NCBI RefSeq assembly: GCF_000018465.1 | Contig: NC_010085.1 | Coordinates: forward strand, 270,001 to 302,000 | Reading direction: 5' to 3' | DNA: 32,000 nucleotides | Source of the DNA: Nitrosopumilus maritimus SCM1 | Lineage (GTDB): Archaea; Thermoproteota; Nitrososphaeria; Nitrososphaerales; Nitrosopumilaceae | Shown here: positions 1-9,971 of the stretch, one piece after another | How positions within the stretch are numbered: the stretch's first letter is position 1 | Layout of the letters: every line of letters begins with the position of its first letter | The notes under the pieces: model-generated | What the model was told of the DNA's origin: nothing | Seen by the model: only the letters and a program-made list of their open reading frames with translations | The model's database searches: none | Position numbers and translations under genes: made by a program

Positions 1-33
1 AAATAAAGAACTGTGCTAAAATTTTAGGCTCTA

Positions 34-114
34 CTACTTGTAAGGAAGTAAATACATTCCACCGTAATAGGTCAGTCCGATTGTAATGGCCATTGCAACC
101 CACCAAAATCTCAT
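34..114 (-). CDS. possible 26-aa single-TM microprotein (MRFWWVAMAITIGLTYYGGMYLLPYK), below the ORF-track length cutoff
   Basis: ATG (cat at 112-114) to TAG (cta at 34-36); hydrophobic core; A/T-rich TATA-like stretch about 25-30 nt upstream. No homology evidence. Confidence 0.3.
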   Translation of the reverse strand: MRFWWVAMAITIGLTYYGGMYLLPYK

Positions 115-207
115 AATAGAAATTTTACATGGTTAATAATAAATCTACAGTCTAATTTTCATAAAAAATCAAAGATTATTACTGGATGATCTCTTTTCTT
201 TATCTGT

Positions 208-281
208 GGCCTTCGTAGTACAGTGGTTAGTATAGAGGATTGTGGATCCTCGGACAGGAGTTCGATTCCCCTCGAGGGCCC
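208..281 (+). tRNA. tRNA-His (anticodon GTG)
   Basis: Acceptor GGCCTTC/GAGGGCC, anticodon stem-loop GAGGA-TTGTGGA-TCCTC, T-loop GTTCGATTC, discriminator C73; CCA not encoded. Confidence 0.95.
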
Positions 282-334
282 TCCTTTTATTTTATGAATT
301 AGAATGATTCTAAACAGATTATTTGATTATGGAA

Positions 335-724
335 CTAGGATTTTGTTGGTCCAATATCCAACAAAGATGAAATATTTTTTATGTTGATATTTTTGAACAT
401 CTCTACTTCTTCTTCCTTGTTATCTATACTGATAAAGAGTAAATGCTCTTCATCAATCGGGATGGTCATTCTCTTAATCTTCTCATATGATGTAACTGAG
501 TATAGAGGTCTTCCAACTTTGTCTTTGATTTCTACACGTGATTTCCATGACTCTATTGTTCGACTTAATTGCTCTTTAGTTTCTTCTAAAGAAAACAATT
601 CTCTAATGTCATCTCGACGTTTTTGAAACAATAATTCCCCTTTTAGATTACACATGGCTGAAAATCTGATATTCTTATTTGACACCATTAAAACTTCTAA
701 AAAGCTCTTGTAATCTTCCACCAT
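335..724 (-). CDS. conserved hypothetical protein, likely thaumarchaeal family
   Basis: 129-aa ORF with plausible codon use; no recognisable catalytic motif. Confidence 0.6.
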   Translation of the reverse strand: MVEDYKSFLEVLMVSNKNIRFSAMCNLKGELLFQKRRDDIRELFSLEETKEQLSRTIESWKSRVEIKDKVGRPLYSVTSYEKIKRMTIPIDEEHLLFISIDNKEEEVEMFKNINIKNISSLLDIGPTKS

Positions 725-780
725 CTCATTTTCACTTAATCACTAAAATACATATCTTGAATTTCCCATTTTCGACAATT

Positions 781-1149
781 TTAGAATATTCCAAATTTAC
801 TTGATTCCATCTCTTCTTTTATGGCCAACTTGAATCTAGGTGATTTATTTTCCAAATTATTGGTTAACCAAGTCAGGAATTTCTTTTCAGTACCTTTGCC
901 CTTCAATTTGTCAAAATCAGGACCCATCATATCTACTAATTTCTGAACTAGTGACTTATTCACACTTAATACAAAAAAATGCCATCCAAATGCAAATTCT
1001 GAATCTGTCATAACAAAATCTTCCTCACTATGAACCATCTCCTCTAATAGAGATAATTGTCTAGTTAGTGCCTTGCTTGTTTTGTCATAATCTACTGCTG
1101 ATACATTAATGTGCATTCTTTCGTCCATAATTGATTTGTGTTTAAACAA
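781..1149 (-). CDS. hypothetical protein
   Basis: 122-aa ORF in line with neighbouring minus-strand genes. Confidence 0.6.
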   Translation of the reverse strand: MFKHKSIMDERMHINVSAVDYDKTSKALTRQLSLLEEMVHSEEDFVMTDSEFAFGWHFFVLSVNKSLVQKLVDMMGPDFDKLKGKGTEKKFLTWLTNNLENKSPRFKLAIKEEMESSKFGIF

Positions 1150-1168
1150 AATAAAAGGATTACACGAA

Positions 1169-1930
1169 TTATTCTTTTAACATGGGTTCAAAATCTATGT
1201 CAAAATTCATTTTCATGAGTTTAATGTATGTCTGAATTGACTCTGGAATCTCTTCTCCGCAAGCAACTCCTAATTTTTTTGCATTGATCCAGATTACTAG
1301 AGTTTGAATAATTGTGAGAAATCGATCGTTTTTGATTTCAGGTGAACCAATTGCTTTTGTGTATCTTTCTGCAAATTCCCACGCTGTAACAAAATCTACA
1401 CATTTTACACCAAACACTGCTAGCAACTGTTCTTGCATATTCTTTGCTTTTGTAAATGGTACTTTGTTTACGATGTATGGAAAGTCTACTTTATCTGGAA
1501 TGCAATCTGGTAATGGCCCCCAAATAGTAATTATTCTTGTATCTGATTTTAATTCTTCAAATTTTTTTAACATTTGATTTGTAATATTTTCATCTGTAAA
1601 CCAAAACAAAATTACTGTTGCATCAGAAATGTCTGAATCCAAAATATCTTGACATCTTAATTCAGCTTTGGTTTGTTTTTCTTCAAGATTTTTTTTTGCA
1701 TTTTCAATTTTTTCACAATTATTGTCTATTCCTACTGCTTTTTCTACTTGGAATTCTTTTACTGCTATCTCTATTCCTTTTTCATCACTACATCCTAGAT
1801 GATAAAAAATATCATCTTTTGTCAATTTTACAAATTTGAAAATGCTTCTTAGAGACTTTTCTGGTAGTTGAACATCCTCCCCGTTCAGTAAATTTTCTGG
1901 TAATGTATCTAAATACTCATCAATTCTCAA
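1169..1930 (-). CDS. SAM-dependent methyltransferase-like protein
   Basis: AVGIDNNCEKIENAKKN and RCQDILDSD resemble class I methyltransferase motifs I/II, although motif I is degenerate. Confidence 0.55.
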   Translation of the reverse strand: MRIDEYLDTLPENLLNGEDVQLPEKSLRSIFKFVKLTKDDIFYHLGCSDEKGIEIAVKEFQVEKAVGIDNNCEKIENAKKNLEEKQTKAELRCQDILDSDISDATVILFWFTDENITNQMLKKFEELKSDTRIITIWGPLPDCIPDKVDFPYIVNKVPFTKAKNMQEQLLAVFGVKCVDFVTAWEFAERYTKAIGSPEIKNDRFLTIIQTLVIWINAKKLGVACGEEIPESIQTYIKLMKMNFDIDFEPMLKE

Positions 1931-1955
1931 TAATACTTGTTTTAAAAACGAGAAT

Positions 1956-2225
1956 TTATTCTCTTATGCTTTCTAATTTGGAAACTGCTTGCCATAATTG
2001 GGTTCTAACATATGATGGCATATTGGGGTCTTGTGTTACATCATCAAGCAAGCTAATTGTATTTGCAGCTCTCACTGACAACGAATATTCTTCATTATTC
2101 AAATCAGCAATCAAATCAGTAATAGATTTTTTTATTGTTTTTGGGGTTGAGTTACTGCCAATAATCTGATTTAGTGTTTCAATTGCTTCTTTCATTGATT
2201 CTTTGTTTTGTTGCTCGTCTGCCAT
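1956..2225 (-). CDS. UPF0147 family protein
   Basis: 89-aa helical protein with the archaeal UPF0147 pattern (NNEEYSLSVRAANTISLLDDVTQDPNMPSYVRTQLWQAVSKLE). Confidence 0.8.
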   Translation of the reverse strand: MADEQQNKESMKEAIETLNQIIGSNSTPKTIKKSITDLIADLNNEEYSLSVRAANTISLLDDVTQDPNMPSYVRTQLWQAVSKLESIRE

Positions 2226-2260
2226 TTTTCCACCTTTTCTTAAAAATTAGAAGTATATAG

Positions 2261-2569
2261 TTACATCTCTACAAATACGCTATCTGATTCAACTGTCACG
2301 TTGTATGATGTTAAATCTCTAATTTTTGCTGGAAATTTTACTAGTTTTCCTGTTTTACAATCAAACTCTGCAGCATGCCATCCACATGTAACAACACAGC
2401 CGTCTAATTTTCCCTCTGAAAGACTTGCACCAGAATGAGTACACGAGTCATCTGTTGCACAATACTCTCCGTCGATATTTGCAACGAGTATGTCTCTTCC
2501 GTCAATAGATACCTTGATCATTTTTCCAGGAGGAATATCTGATATTTTTCCTGCAATAATTTTTCCCAT
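2261..2569 (-). CDS. Rieske [2Fe-2S] ferredoxin-like protein
   Basis: Rieske ligand motifs CTHSGASLSEG...CGWHAAEFDCKTG. Confidence 0.9.
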   Translation of the reverse strand: MGKIIAGKISDIPPGKMIKVSIDGRDILVANIDGEYCATDDSCTHSGASLSEGKLDGCVVTCGWHAAEFDCKTGKLVKFPAKIRDLTSYNVTVESDSVFVEM

Positions 2570-2611
2570 TGAAGTTTTTATTTAATAATGCTTAATATTT
2601 TTTCGTAATAC

Positions 2612-3388
2612 ATGATTAGAAATGCAAAACCTTCTGACAAATCTCAAGTTTTGAAATTTTGCCAAAATACTTTTTCTTGGGGTGATTATGTAGAACATGT
2701 TTGGGATTATTGGTTAAATGAGGATTTGCTATTTGTTTATGAAAAACAATTTCCTGTTGGTATTTGTCATGCATTTTTTTCAAAGAACCAAATATGGATT
2801 GAAGGAATTAGGGTAGACTCAAATTTTCGAAAACAGAAAATCGCATCTGAACTTGTAAGTCATGTTGAATCGATAGGACAAAAAAATAATGCATTATTTT
2901 CATTCATGCTGATAGATGTTGAAAATTCAATTTCGCTTTCTATGGCTAAATCTCTTAAATATCAACTCTTAGAAATCTGGAATTTTTATTCACTTGAGCC
3001 TAAAAAAAACTCTAATTTTGATATCATCTTTGCAAAATCTTTAGATGCTTCTCTTTACCCTCATTACGTAAAGTCGTGGAGATGGCTTCCAATTGATAAT
3101 ACAATAGTGTCTGAACTTGTACAACAAAATAAAATAATTCAATCACAAATTAATGGTGAAGTTTCCACTGCAATTCTTTCTGATTCTGAGCATTTTGATA
3201 ATACACTGATTGTTACGTTATTTTCAGGCTCAGAAAAAACATCTTTACAAATAATCTTGTTCTTACAAAACTATGCTATAGAAAATAACTATAATCGAAT
3301 TCAAATATTGAGTACAGAAAAATTATTTGATTTAGAATTTTTAGATCATAAGCTTTCTTTTCATTTGTTGAGAAAAACTCTAGATTGA
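2612..3388 (+). CDS. GNAT family N-acetyltransferase
   Basis: GNAT core IEGIRVDSNFRKQKIASELVSHVE. Confidence 0.8.
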   Translation: MIRNAKPSDKSQVLKFCQNTFSWGDYVEHVWDYWLNEDLLFVYEKQFPVGICHAFFSKNQIWIEGIRVDSNFRKQKIASELVSHVESIGQKNNALFSFMLIDVENSISLSMAKSLKYQLLEIWNFYSLEPKKNSNFDIIFAKSLDASLYPHYVKSWRWLPIDNTIVSELVQQNKIIQSQINGEVSTAILSDSEHFDNTLIVTLFSGSEKTSLQIILFLQNYAIENNYNRIQILSTEKLFDLEFLDHKLSFHLLRKTLD

Positions 3389-4258
3389 TTTTATAACTTT
3401 AATTGTATTGTTTAAAACTCCCAAACCTTCAATCTCCATCTCCACCTTGTCCCCATCTTTTAAGAAGATTGCATTTGGTTTGTTTAACATAACTCCTGCA
3501 GGTGTTCCTGTAGAAATAATGTCTCCCTTCTCTAATGTCATTACTTTTGAGATTTTTGAAATTATTTCAGGTATTTTGATAAACATGTTGCTTGTAGAAG
3601 AATTCTGTCTTAGTTCTCCATTGATTTTGGTTGTTAATTTCAAATTTTGCGGTTCTTGAATTTCATCTGCAGTTGTGATCCATGGTCCGCATGGTGCAAA
3701 TGAATCAAAGCTTTTCCCTCTAGTGAATTGTTTGTCTTTAAACTGAATGTCTCTGGCTGACACATCATTGAATACCATGTATCCAAAAACTACATTTTGT
3801 GCTTCTTCGACACTGATATTTTTACAATTTTTCCCAATTATCAAGGCTAATTCAACCTCATAATCTAACTGTGTAACAAAATCTGGGCATTCAATATTGG
3901 CATTATTTCCATTAAGGGCAGTTCTTGGTTTTATGACAATGGCAGGATCCTCTGGTGCTGTTAATCCCTGTTCTTTTGCATGATCTACATAGTTGAATGC
4001 TAAACAAATTATCTTATTGGGATTTGGAATCGGTGCTAATAATTTGAATTTAGAGAGATTTTCTTCATAAGGCAAATCTTGTATTTTATTTTTAATTTCA
4101 TCAAACCATCCATCAAAAAGAAAATCTTTGACATTGTGTGGAATTGGAACACCTGTCAGGTATGTTATCTCGTCTTTTGTTGCAACTTTATCTTCTTTAA
4201 CAAATCCATACGTTTCGTTATTCTCATGTACTAATCGTGCTATTTTCATGTCAATCAC
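3380..4258 (-). CDS. fumarylacetoacetate hydrolase (FAH) family protein
   Basis: DYEVELALIIGKNCKNI, NDVSARDIQ, KSFDSFAPCGPWI and GDIISTGTPAGV motifs. Confidence 0.92.
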   Translation of the reverse strand: MIDMKIARLVHENNETYGFVKEDKVATKDEITYLTGVPIPHNVKDFLFDGWFDEIKNKIQDLPYEENLSKFKLLAPIPNPNKIICLAFNYVDHAKEQGLTAPEDPAIVIKPRTALNGNNANIECPDFVTQLDYEVELALIIGKNCKNISVEEAQNVVFGYMVFNDVSARDIQFKDKQFTRGKSFDSFAPCGPWITTADEIQEPQNLKLTTKINGELRQNSSTSNMFIKIPEIISKISKVMTLEKGDIISTGTPAGVMLNKPNAIFLKDGDKVEMEIEGLGVLNNTIKVIKSI

Positions 4259-5964
4259 TTGTGTGTAAAAATTGCCTGATTCTGTGAATCTTTTCTACAA
4301 TATCCAAACCTAACAAATTGAATTTCTTCTCCTTCCTTTAATTGAAGATACTGGGGTTCTGTATAAACGTCTAATTCTTCTAAACTATCTTCATTAAATT
4401 CTTCATCATTGAATAAAATTTTTGGAATAATCATTTTAATTTCATGTGCTGTTTTTTGTGGAACCCATTGAATTTTCAATATATTTGATGAATCTCCATC
4501 TCTCTCAAACTCTCCTTCTAATTCATTACCGATTTTTGTAATCTTGACATTACCTAATCCTAAAAGTCTGATTGTTGATTGTTCTTTGATTGCTTCTGAA
4601 TCGTCTCCAGAAATGTAAAAATCTTCAGTGATTTCGATTTTTCTTTTACCCAAATCATTTATTGGATGATTAGGAACTTCAACTATTGTTGATTGCAAAT
4701 TTTTTATTTTCAATTTTTTAGCATTTTTAACCATAAACAATCGCATACTATCTGCATCTACAAATTTCCTATTGAATGCCTCAAGAGCATCAAATGGTGC
4801 AAGTGTATTTGCTTTTGTTAGTCCCAAAGACATGATAAATTTTCTAATTGCCTCAGGTTTGATTCCTCTTCTTCTTAGTGCCTCTAGAGTTGGAAGTCTA
4901 GGATCATCATACCATGAAACTTTACCTTCTTCAATTAGGGGCTTGATTATTCTCTTTGATATGGGCATTCCTTTGAATTCGAGCCTGGAAAAAAAACCTT
5001 GTTGAGGTTTTCTCATGCCTAGTGCATCTAAAATTGCATCTATGAGTTCTTTTCTCAACTCAAATTCTTTTGAACGAAATGCGTGTGTGACACCATCTAT
5101 GCTATCTTCAATTGCCACTGCAAAATCATAACTAGGCCAAATTCTGTATTTGTCACCTACTGTGTAATGTTTTTCATCAATGATTCGTAATAGTACGGGA
5201 TCTCTCATAACTGCATTATCTGCTTTCATATCTCCACGAAATCTAACTATTGCTTCACCTGGTTTGAACTTGTTTTGCATCTTTTCCCAATTTTTGTTGT
5301 TCTTCCCAACATCTTCCATACTGCATTTGCAAGCTTTTCTTTCTCTACGATTTTGACTAATGTCTTCTCTTTTACAAGTACAAACATATGCTTTACCAGA
5401 ATTAATTAATTCAATTCCTTTTTCATAAAATACTTCCATGTCATCAGAAGTACTTTTTACTTGATCAAATTCAATTCCCAACCATTCTAACCCTACTTTG
5501 ATTGCAGCATGATACTCCATTCTTTCAGCTTCAGGATTAGTATCATCCATTCTGAGTATAAATTTTCCTCCATACATCTTTGCATATTCTGAATTAATTA
5601 TTGCAGCTTTTGCATGTCCTATGTGTGGATAACCATTAGGTTCTGGAGGAAATCGTGTAACAACTTTTCCTTGTATTGCATCTTTCAGTTCTGGTAATCC
5701 TTCCCTTTCTTCTATTTTTTCTTTAGGTGCTAATGCTTCTGGGAATTTCTCTTCCATCTCTTTTTGTTGTTCTTCTGGTGATAGTTGATTTACTGATGCA
5801 ACAATTTCTGAAATCTCTCCTGAAATTTCTTTTACTTTTGTTCTAAATTCTGGTTTTGTTCCAAGAATTTTCCCTAAAATTATTTTATCCTGAGTTTGCC
5901 CTCCATGCTCAAAAGCATTCTGAAGAGCCATTTTTCTAATCTCGTGTTTTATTTCTTCATCCAT
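4255..5964 (-). CDS. gltX: glutamyl-tRNA synthetase (archaeal type)
   Basis: PPEPNGYPHIGHAKAAIINSEYA class I HIGH region, MPISKR KMSKS-like motif, archaeal N-terminal extension; 4-bp overlap with the downstream FAH gene. Confidence 0.95.
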   Translation of the reverse strand: MDEEIKHEIRKMALQNAFEHGGQTQDKIILGKILGTKPEFRTKVKEISGEISEIVASVNQLSPEEQQKEMEEKFPEALAPKEKIEEREGLPELKDAIQGKVVTRFPPEPNGYPHIGHAKAAIINSEYAKMYGGKFILRMDDTNPEAERMEYHAAIKVGLEWLGIEFDQVKSTSDDMEVFYEKGIELINSGKAYVCTCKREDISQNRRERKACKCSMEDVGKNNKNWEKMQNKFKPGEAIVRFRGDMKADNAVMRDPVLLRIIDEKHYTVGDKYRIWPSYDFAVAIEDSIDGVTHAFRSKEFELRKELIDAILDALGMRKPQQGFFSRLEFKGMPISKRIIKPLIEEGKVSWYDDPRLPTLEALRRRGIKPEAIRKFIMSLGLTKANTLAPFDALEAFNRKFVDADSMRLFMVKNAKKLKIKNLQSTIVEVPNHPINDLGKRKIEITEDFYISGDDSEAIKEQSTIRLLGLGNVKITKIGNELEGEFERDGDSSNILKIQWVPQKTAHEIKMIIPKILFNDEEFNEDSLEELDVYTEPQYLQLKEGEEIQFVRFGYCRKDSQNQAIFTHK

Positions 5965-5985
5965 TGTAATTACCTGATATGATGT

Positions 5986-6966
5986 CTAGACACTTCTCTT
6001 AACTACAAAATCTAATAATGCAATAAGTTCAGTTTTTGCTGAACCAGAGTATTTTGAGAGTGATTTTTCGGCTTTTTCAGCGTATTTTAGTGCCTGTCTC
6101 CTGACACTGTCTTCAATACCAAGAGAACGAATTACATCTACTGCCTTGTTCAGATCATTTCTTGAAATTTTTGAATTTCCAAATGCCTTTAAAATAATTT
6201 TTTTATCTTTGCCTTTTGCGAGCTTTATTGCCATTAGTATTGGAAGTGATTTTTTACCTTCTCGAAGATCATTACCTACTGGTTTTTTTGTAATTTTTGG
6301 ATCTCCCATCACACCAATCAAGTCATCAGTAATTTGAAATGCAATTCCTAGGTTTCTTCCAAATGATGAAAGATTTGAAATGTCTTTGCCTTTATTTGTA
6401 GCACATATTGCTCCCATTGCACAGGATACATCAAACAATGCTGCAGTTTTCTTTCCAATCATTGTAATGTATTGCGATTGTGTAGGAATTTTTTTTTCTT
6501 CAGCCATTTTGACATCAAGTAGTTGTCCCTCACAAACATCTACACATGCTTTTGCAAGTCGTGAGATAAGATGTGTTGTTGCAGTTGGTGATAATTTTGT
6601 ATCTGAAATTACTTGATATGCTTTTGAAAATAACACATCTCCTGCAAGAATTGCAATCGGCATGCCGTATTTTCTATGTGTGGTTGGAACTCCGTGACGC
6701 ATTTCATCATTATCCATAATGTCATCGTGAACTAAAGTAAAATTATGAACCATTTCCACTGCACTAGCTGCTGGCATTGCATTGGAAGATTTTCCTCCCA
6801 AAATTTGACAACTTCTAATTACCATGTATGGCCTGAGTCTTTTTCCTCCATGAACTATAAGATGACCTGCAGCATCATAGAGTTTTTTTGGATTACCTTT
6901 TAGTTTTGATTTAAGATACTTGTTTACAGTTTTTGCATTTTTTTCAATTTGTTTAGTTTTTTTCAT
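5986..6966 (-). CDS. polyprenyl (geranylgeranyl/farnesyl) diphosphate synthase
   Basis: GGKRLRP, DDIMDN (first Asp-rich motif) and QITDDLIG (second Asp-rich motif). Confidence 0.92.
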   Translation of the reverse strand: MKKTKQIEKNAKTVNKYLKSKLKGNPKKLYDAAGHLIVHGGKRLRPYMVIRSCQILGGKSSNAMPAASAVEMVHNFTLVHDDIMDNDEMRHGVPTTHRKYGMPIAILAGDVLFSKAYQVISDTKLSPTATTHLISRLAKACVDVCEGQLLDVKMAEEKKIPTQSQYITMIGKKTAALFDVSCAMGAICATNKGKDISNLSSFGRNLGIAFQITDDLIGVMGDPKITKKPVGNDLREGKKSLPILMAIKLAKGKDKKIILKAFGNSKISRNDLNKAVDVIRSLGIEDSVRRQALKYAEKAEKSLSKYSGSAKTELIALLDFVVKRSV

Positions 6967-7603
6967 TTACTAATCTCCATTTTTCTTCTGGCAAATGTGT
7001 TTTGATTGCATTTTGCAATCCTTCATGAACCTCATTCGTCATCCATGTAGATAAGATATTTGCATGTTTTTCAAGCACAGATTTATCTGATTTTTCAAGT
7101 AATTCTAATGCAATTAACATCCATGGACAATAAATTTCAGGTTTTGTTTTGATTTCTGAAAGTAATTCATCAGCTGAACTCCATTTTATTTCGTCTATCT
7201 CGCCTTCAATCTCTTTTAGTTCTGTCGATTTGTCAATTACTCCAATTAATGTTCCACAAATTTCATTTTCTGAACCTACATCTTTGTATGGCACATGATA
7301 TTCGAATTTGTGTAAATAATCTAATTTTCCTTCAATACCTAATTCTTCAGGCATTCTTCTTTCACCTGATGAGACATAAGTTTCTGATTCTCTAGGATGG
7401 CTTGCAAATGTTCCATCCCAATCTCCTGGCCATAACATTTTTTCTTTTGCCCTTCTTGTTAGTACCAGTCTTCCACTATCATCAAACAATAATGCAGTAA
7501 ATGCTCTGTGTAGTTTTCCATTTGGCAAATGACATTTTACTTTCTCTTCTTTTCCAATCGGATTATCGTTTTCATCTACTAAGATAACAAATTCTTCAGC
7601 CAT
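6953..7603 (-). CDS. idi: isopentenyl-diphosphate delta-isomerase, type I (NUDIX)
   Basis: CHLPNGKLHRAFTALLF, WPGDWDGTFASHPRESETYVSSGERRMPEELG and ENEICG are type I IDI motifs. Confidence 0.92.
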   Translation of the reverse strand: MAEEFVILVDENDNPIGKEEKVKCHLPNGKLHRAFTALLFDDSGRLVLTRRAKEKMLWPGDWDGTFASHPRESETYVSSGERRMPEELGIEGKLDYLHKFEYHVPYKDVGSENEICGTLIGVIDKSTELKEIEGEIDEIKWSSADELLSEIKTKPEIYCPWMLIALELLEKSDKSVLEKHANILSTWMTNEVHEGLQNAIKTHLPEEKWRLVNEKN

Positions 7604-8346
7604 TATTTCCCTCTGAACAATGTTCCTTCAAATTTCCTATTTTTAACCGCTTTCACTATTCTTTCAGGTTTGTTCCCATTGACAAAAAATACATTCATTC
7701 CCATCTTTGAAATTTTTGATGCCTCTTCTATTTTTCTAGTCATTCCTCCTGTTACATCCATTTTATTTTCAGAAATTGATGGACGTTCTCCTTTTAATTC
7801 GTGAATTAATTTTTTAGATTTAAGATCTGAATACACTCCGTCCTCATTTAATGCAAAAATACAAAGTTTGGGTTTTAGAATTTTTGCAAGATGTGTCATT
7901 ATTTTATCTCCTGATAAAATGAATGTCTTGTTTTGTCCATACCATAATGCATCTCCAAAAGTGACTGGAATCAAGCCTGATTTTGAGATTTTTTCAATTT
8001 CTTTTACTTTTTTTGGTATTGGTTTGTTCCCTGTCATGAAATCTGTGGGTGGTAGACAGTATGGTTTTAATTTATTTTTTAGAAATGAATCTAAAATTAT
8101 CTTGTTTAGTTCAATCATGGAATTTTTTACAATTGAAACTCCTCTCAAATCGTATTTTCTTTCTTTAGTGTGCATGTCATACTTAACAGACCAATAATGT
8201 CCATAGGATCCTCCTCCGTGAACTATTATTATTGGCTCTTGGATCTTTTTTAGACTCTTTGCAAGATTATCTATTGTCTTTCTTCTTGCTGACAGTGGTT
8301 TTTCCTTATTTGTAATAATTGAACCACCTAATTTTATTAGAATCAT
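7603..8346 (-). CDS. isopentenyl phosphate kinase
   Basis: Amino acid kinase fold: LIKLGGSIITNKEKP, VHGGGSYGHYW, GDALW; located between IDI and mevalonate kinase. Confidence 0.92.
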   Translation of the reverse strand: MILIKLGGSIITNKEKPLSARRKTIDNLAKSLKKIQEPIIIVHGGGSYGHYWSVKYDMHTKERKYDLRGVSIVKNSMIELNKIILDSFLKNKLKPYCLPPTDFMTGNKPIPKKVKEIEKISKSGLIPVTFGDALWYGQNKTFILSGDKIMTHLAKILKPKLCIFALNEDGVYSDLKSKKLIHELKGERPSISENKMDVTGGMTRKIEEASKISKMGMNVFFVNGNKPERIVKAVKNRKFEGTLFRGK

Positions 8347-8370
8347 ATTTGTTCCAAACTATCTATATAA

Positions 8371-9312
8371 TTAAAAAGTATCCAGTCCTTTGAAATCAAT
8401 TTTTACAGAAAAACATTCGTGATTTTTTTCTTTGAATTCTTTGATCGTATTTTCTAAATTTGATTCATCTGTAAGGGCAAAAATACATCCTCCTCCTCCT
8501 GCACCTGTAATTTTTGCACCAAATGATGAATTTTGTCCAGTTTGAATCATCTCTCTGAGTTTGGCATTTGAAATTCCAATTCTCTCCAAGTACTCTTGAT
8601 TCTTAATTACTCTCTCACCAAGTTCTCTAATGTTATTTTCTTTTAACAATTCTAATACATTTTCAATAAGATGTGATTCATCTTTACATAATTTTGAAAA
8701 TTCTGCTTCATTGTTTTTTTTGAATTTTCTTACTCCTGCCACAACACTTTCTGTTGAATGTTCAACATTTGAATTTGCTATAACTAGATGAAAATTAGGC
8801 TCAGATTCTATTTTGGAAAACCCATTTTCCTTGTCGTACTCCATTAATCCTCCAAAAGTGCAAACCGTACAATCTGCACCTGATGTGTTTTGAAAAATTG
8901 TTTTTTCTGCCTCTATTGCAAGTTTTAGAATCTCTTCTTTTGAATTATTTTCAAATAGATTTGAAATTGCAGCTGCTCCTGCTACACAACAAGCAGATGA
9001 TGAACCTAAACCAACACCTAATGGAATTTCTGATTCAACGTCTATCTTGATTCCAAAATTTTTATCTTGAATTATTTTATTTGCCAAATAATAAAATGGT
9101 TTTAGCGGTGAATTAATTTCTGAAATTGGTTTGTTTGGTTCTAATTCAAGGTGACCAATATTAGATTTGATTGAAATTTTTCTTTCATCAATTTTTTCTG
9201 CAGTAACTGCGATTCTTTTGTTAATTGCACAAAGAATCGCTTTAACTCCATACACAACAAAATGTTCTCCAAAAAGAATAACTTTTCCAGGAGCAGAGGC
9301 TTTAGATTTCAA
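8371..9312 (-). CDS. mvk: mevalonate kinase (GHMP family)
   Basis: PGKVILFGEHFVVYG, PLGVGLGSSSACCVAG and KITGAGGGGCIFAL motifs. Confidence 0.95.
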   Translation of the reverse strand: MKSKASAPGKVILFGEHFVVYGVKAILCAINKRIAVTAEKIDERKISIKSNIGHLELEPNKPISEINSPLKPFYYLANKIIQDKNFGIKIDVESEIPLGVGLGSSSACCVAGAAAISNLFENNSKEEILKLAIEAEKTIFQNTSGADCTVCTFGGLMEYDKENGFSKIESEPNFHLVIANSNVEHSTESVVAGVRKFKKNNEAEFSKLCKDESHLIENVLELLKENNIRELGERVIKNQEYLERIGISNAKLREMIQTGQNSSFGAKITGAGGGGCIFALTDESNLENTIKEFKEKNHECFSVKIDFKGLDTF

Positions 9313-9340
9313 AAGTAAATGCTTTAGAGTTTTGATTTAT

Positions 9341-9964
9341 TTATTCGATTTCCTCTTCGGTAATCTTTGTTTCAAAATCATCAATTTCAATATTCATTGG
9401 GTCTTCTTCTTTTAGTTCTCCTTTTTCAATGAGAATTTGACGTACCAATAACCAGTAAACTGTAGCTAGCGCTTTTCTTCCTCTGTTGTTTGCTGGTATG
9501 ATTACATCTAGATTTGATGTAATATTATCTGTATTTGCAATTCCGATTACTGGAATGCCTGCATTAGTTGCTTCAGTAATTGCTTGTTCGTCAACTTGAG
9601 GATCGGAAATTAAAACCAATTTTGGTTCAATGTAATATGGTAATGATGGGTTTGTTAGAGTTCCTGGCATAAATCTTCCAAGTAATTTCTTTGAACCTAA
9701 TGTTTCACAGAATTTTTCAATTGGTGTTTCTGCATATTGTCTGCCTGAGCATACAATAAGATTCTCTACACCTAATCTGTTGATGAATTTAGCAGCAGTC
9801 TTAATTTTGTCCAGTGTGATATCCAAATCAAGCATGTAAAGTCCTTCTGGGCTAGCCTTGGTGATGAATGGTCTCATGAATTTTGTTTTAACTTGTGTAC
9901 CCACTCTGATTCCTGTAGATAGGATCTTCTTTTTGATGTCTGTTGTTTCTGCTTGTTGGCTCAT
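9341..9964 (-). CDS. rpsB: 30S ribosomal protein S2
   Basis: Archaeal uS2 pattern (GRFMPGTLTNP, EPKLVLISDPQVDEQAITEATNAGIPVIGIANTDN). Confidence 0.95.
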   Translation of the reverse strand: MSQQAETTDIKKKILSTGIRVGTQVKTKFMRPFITKASPEGLYMLDLDITLDKIKTAAKFINRLGVENLIVCSGRQYAETPIEKFCETLGSKKLLGRFMPGTLTNPSLPYYIEPKLVLISDPQVDEQAITEATNAGIPVIGIANTDNITSNLDVIIPANNRGRKALATVYWLLVRQILIEKGELKEEDPMNIEIDDFETKITEEEIE

Positions 9965-9971
9965 AGCGATT

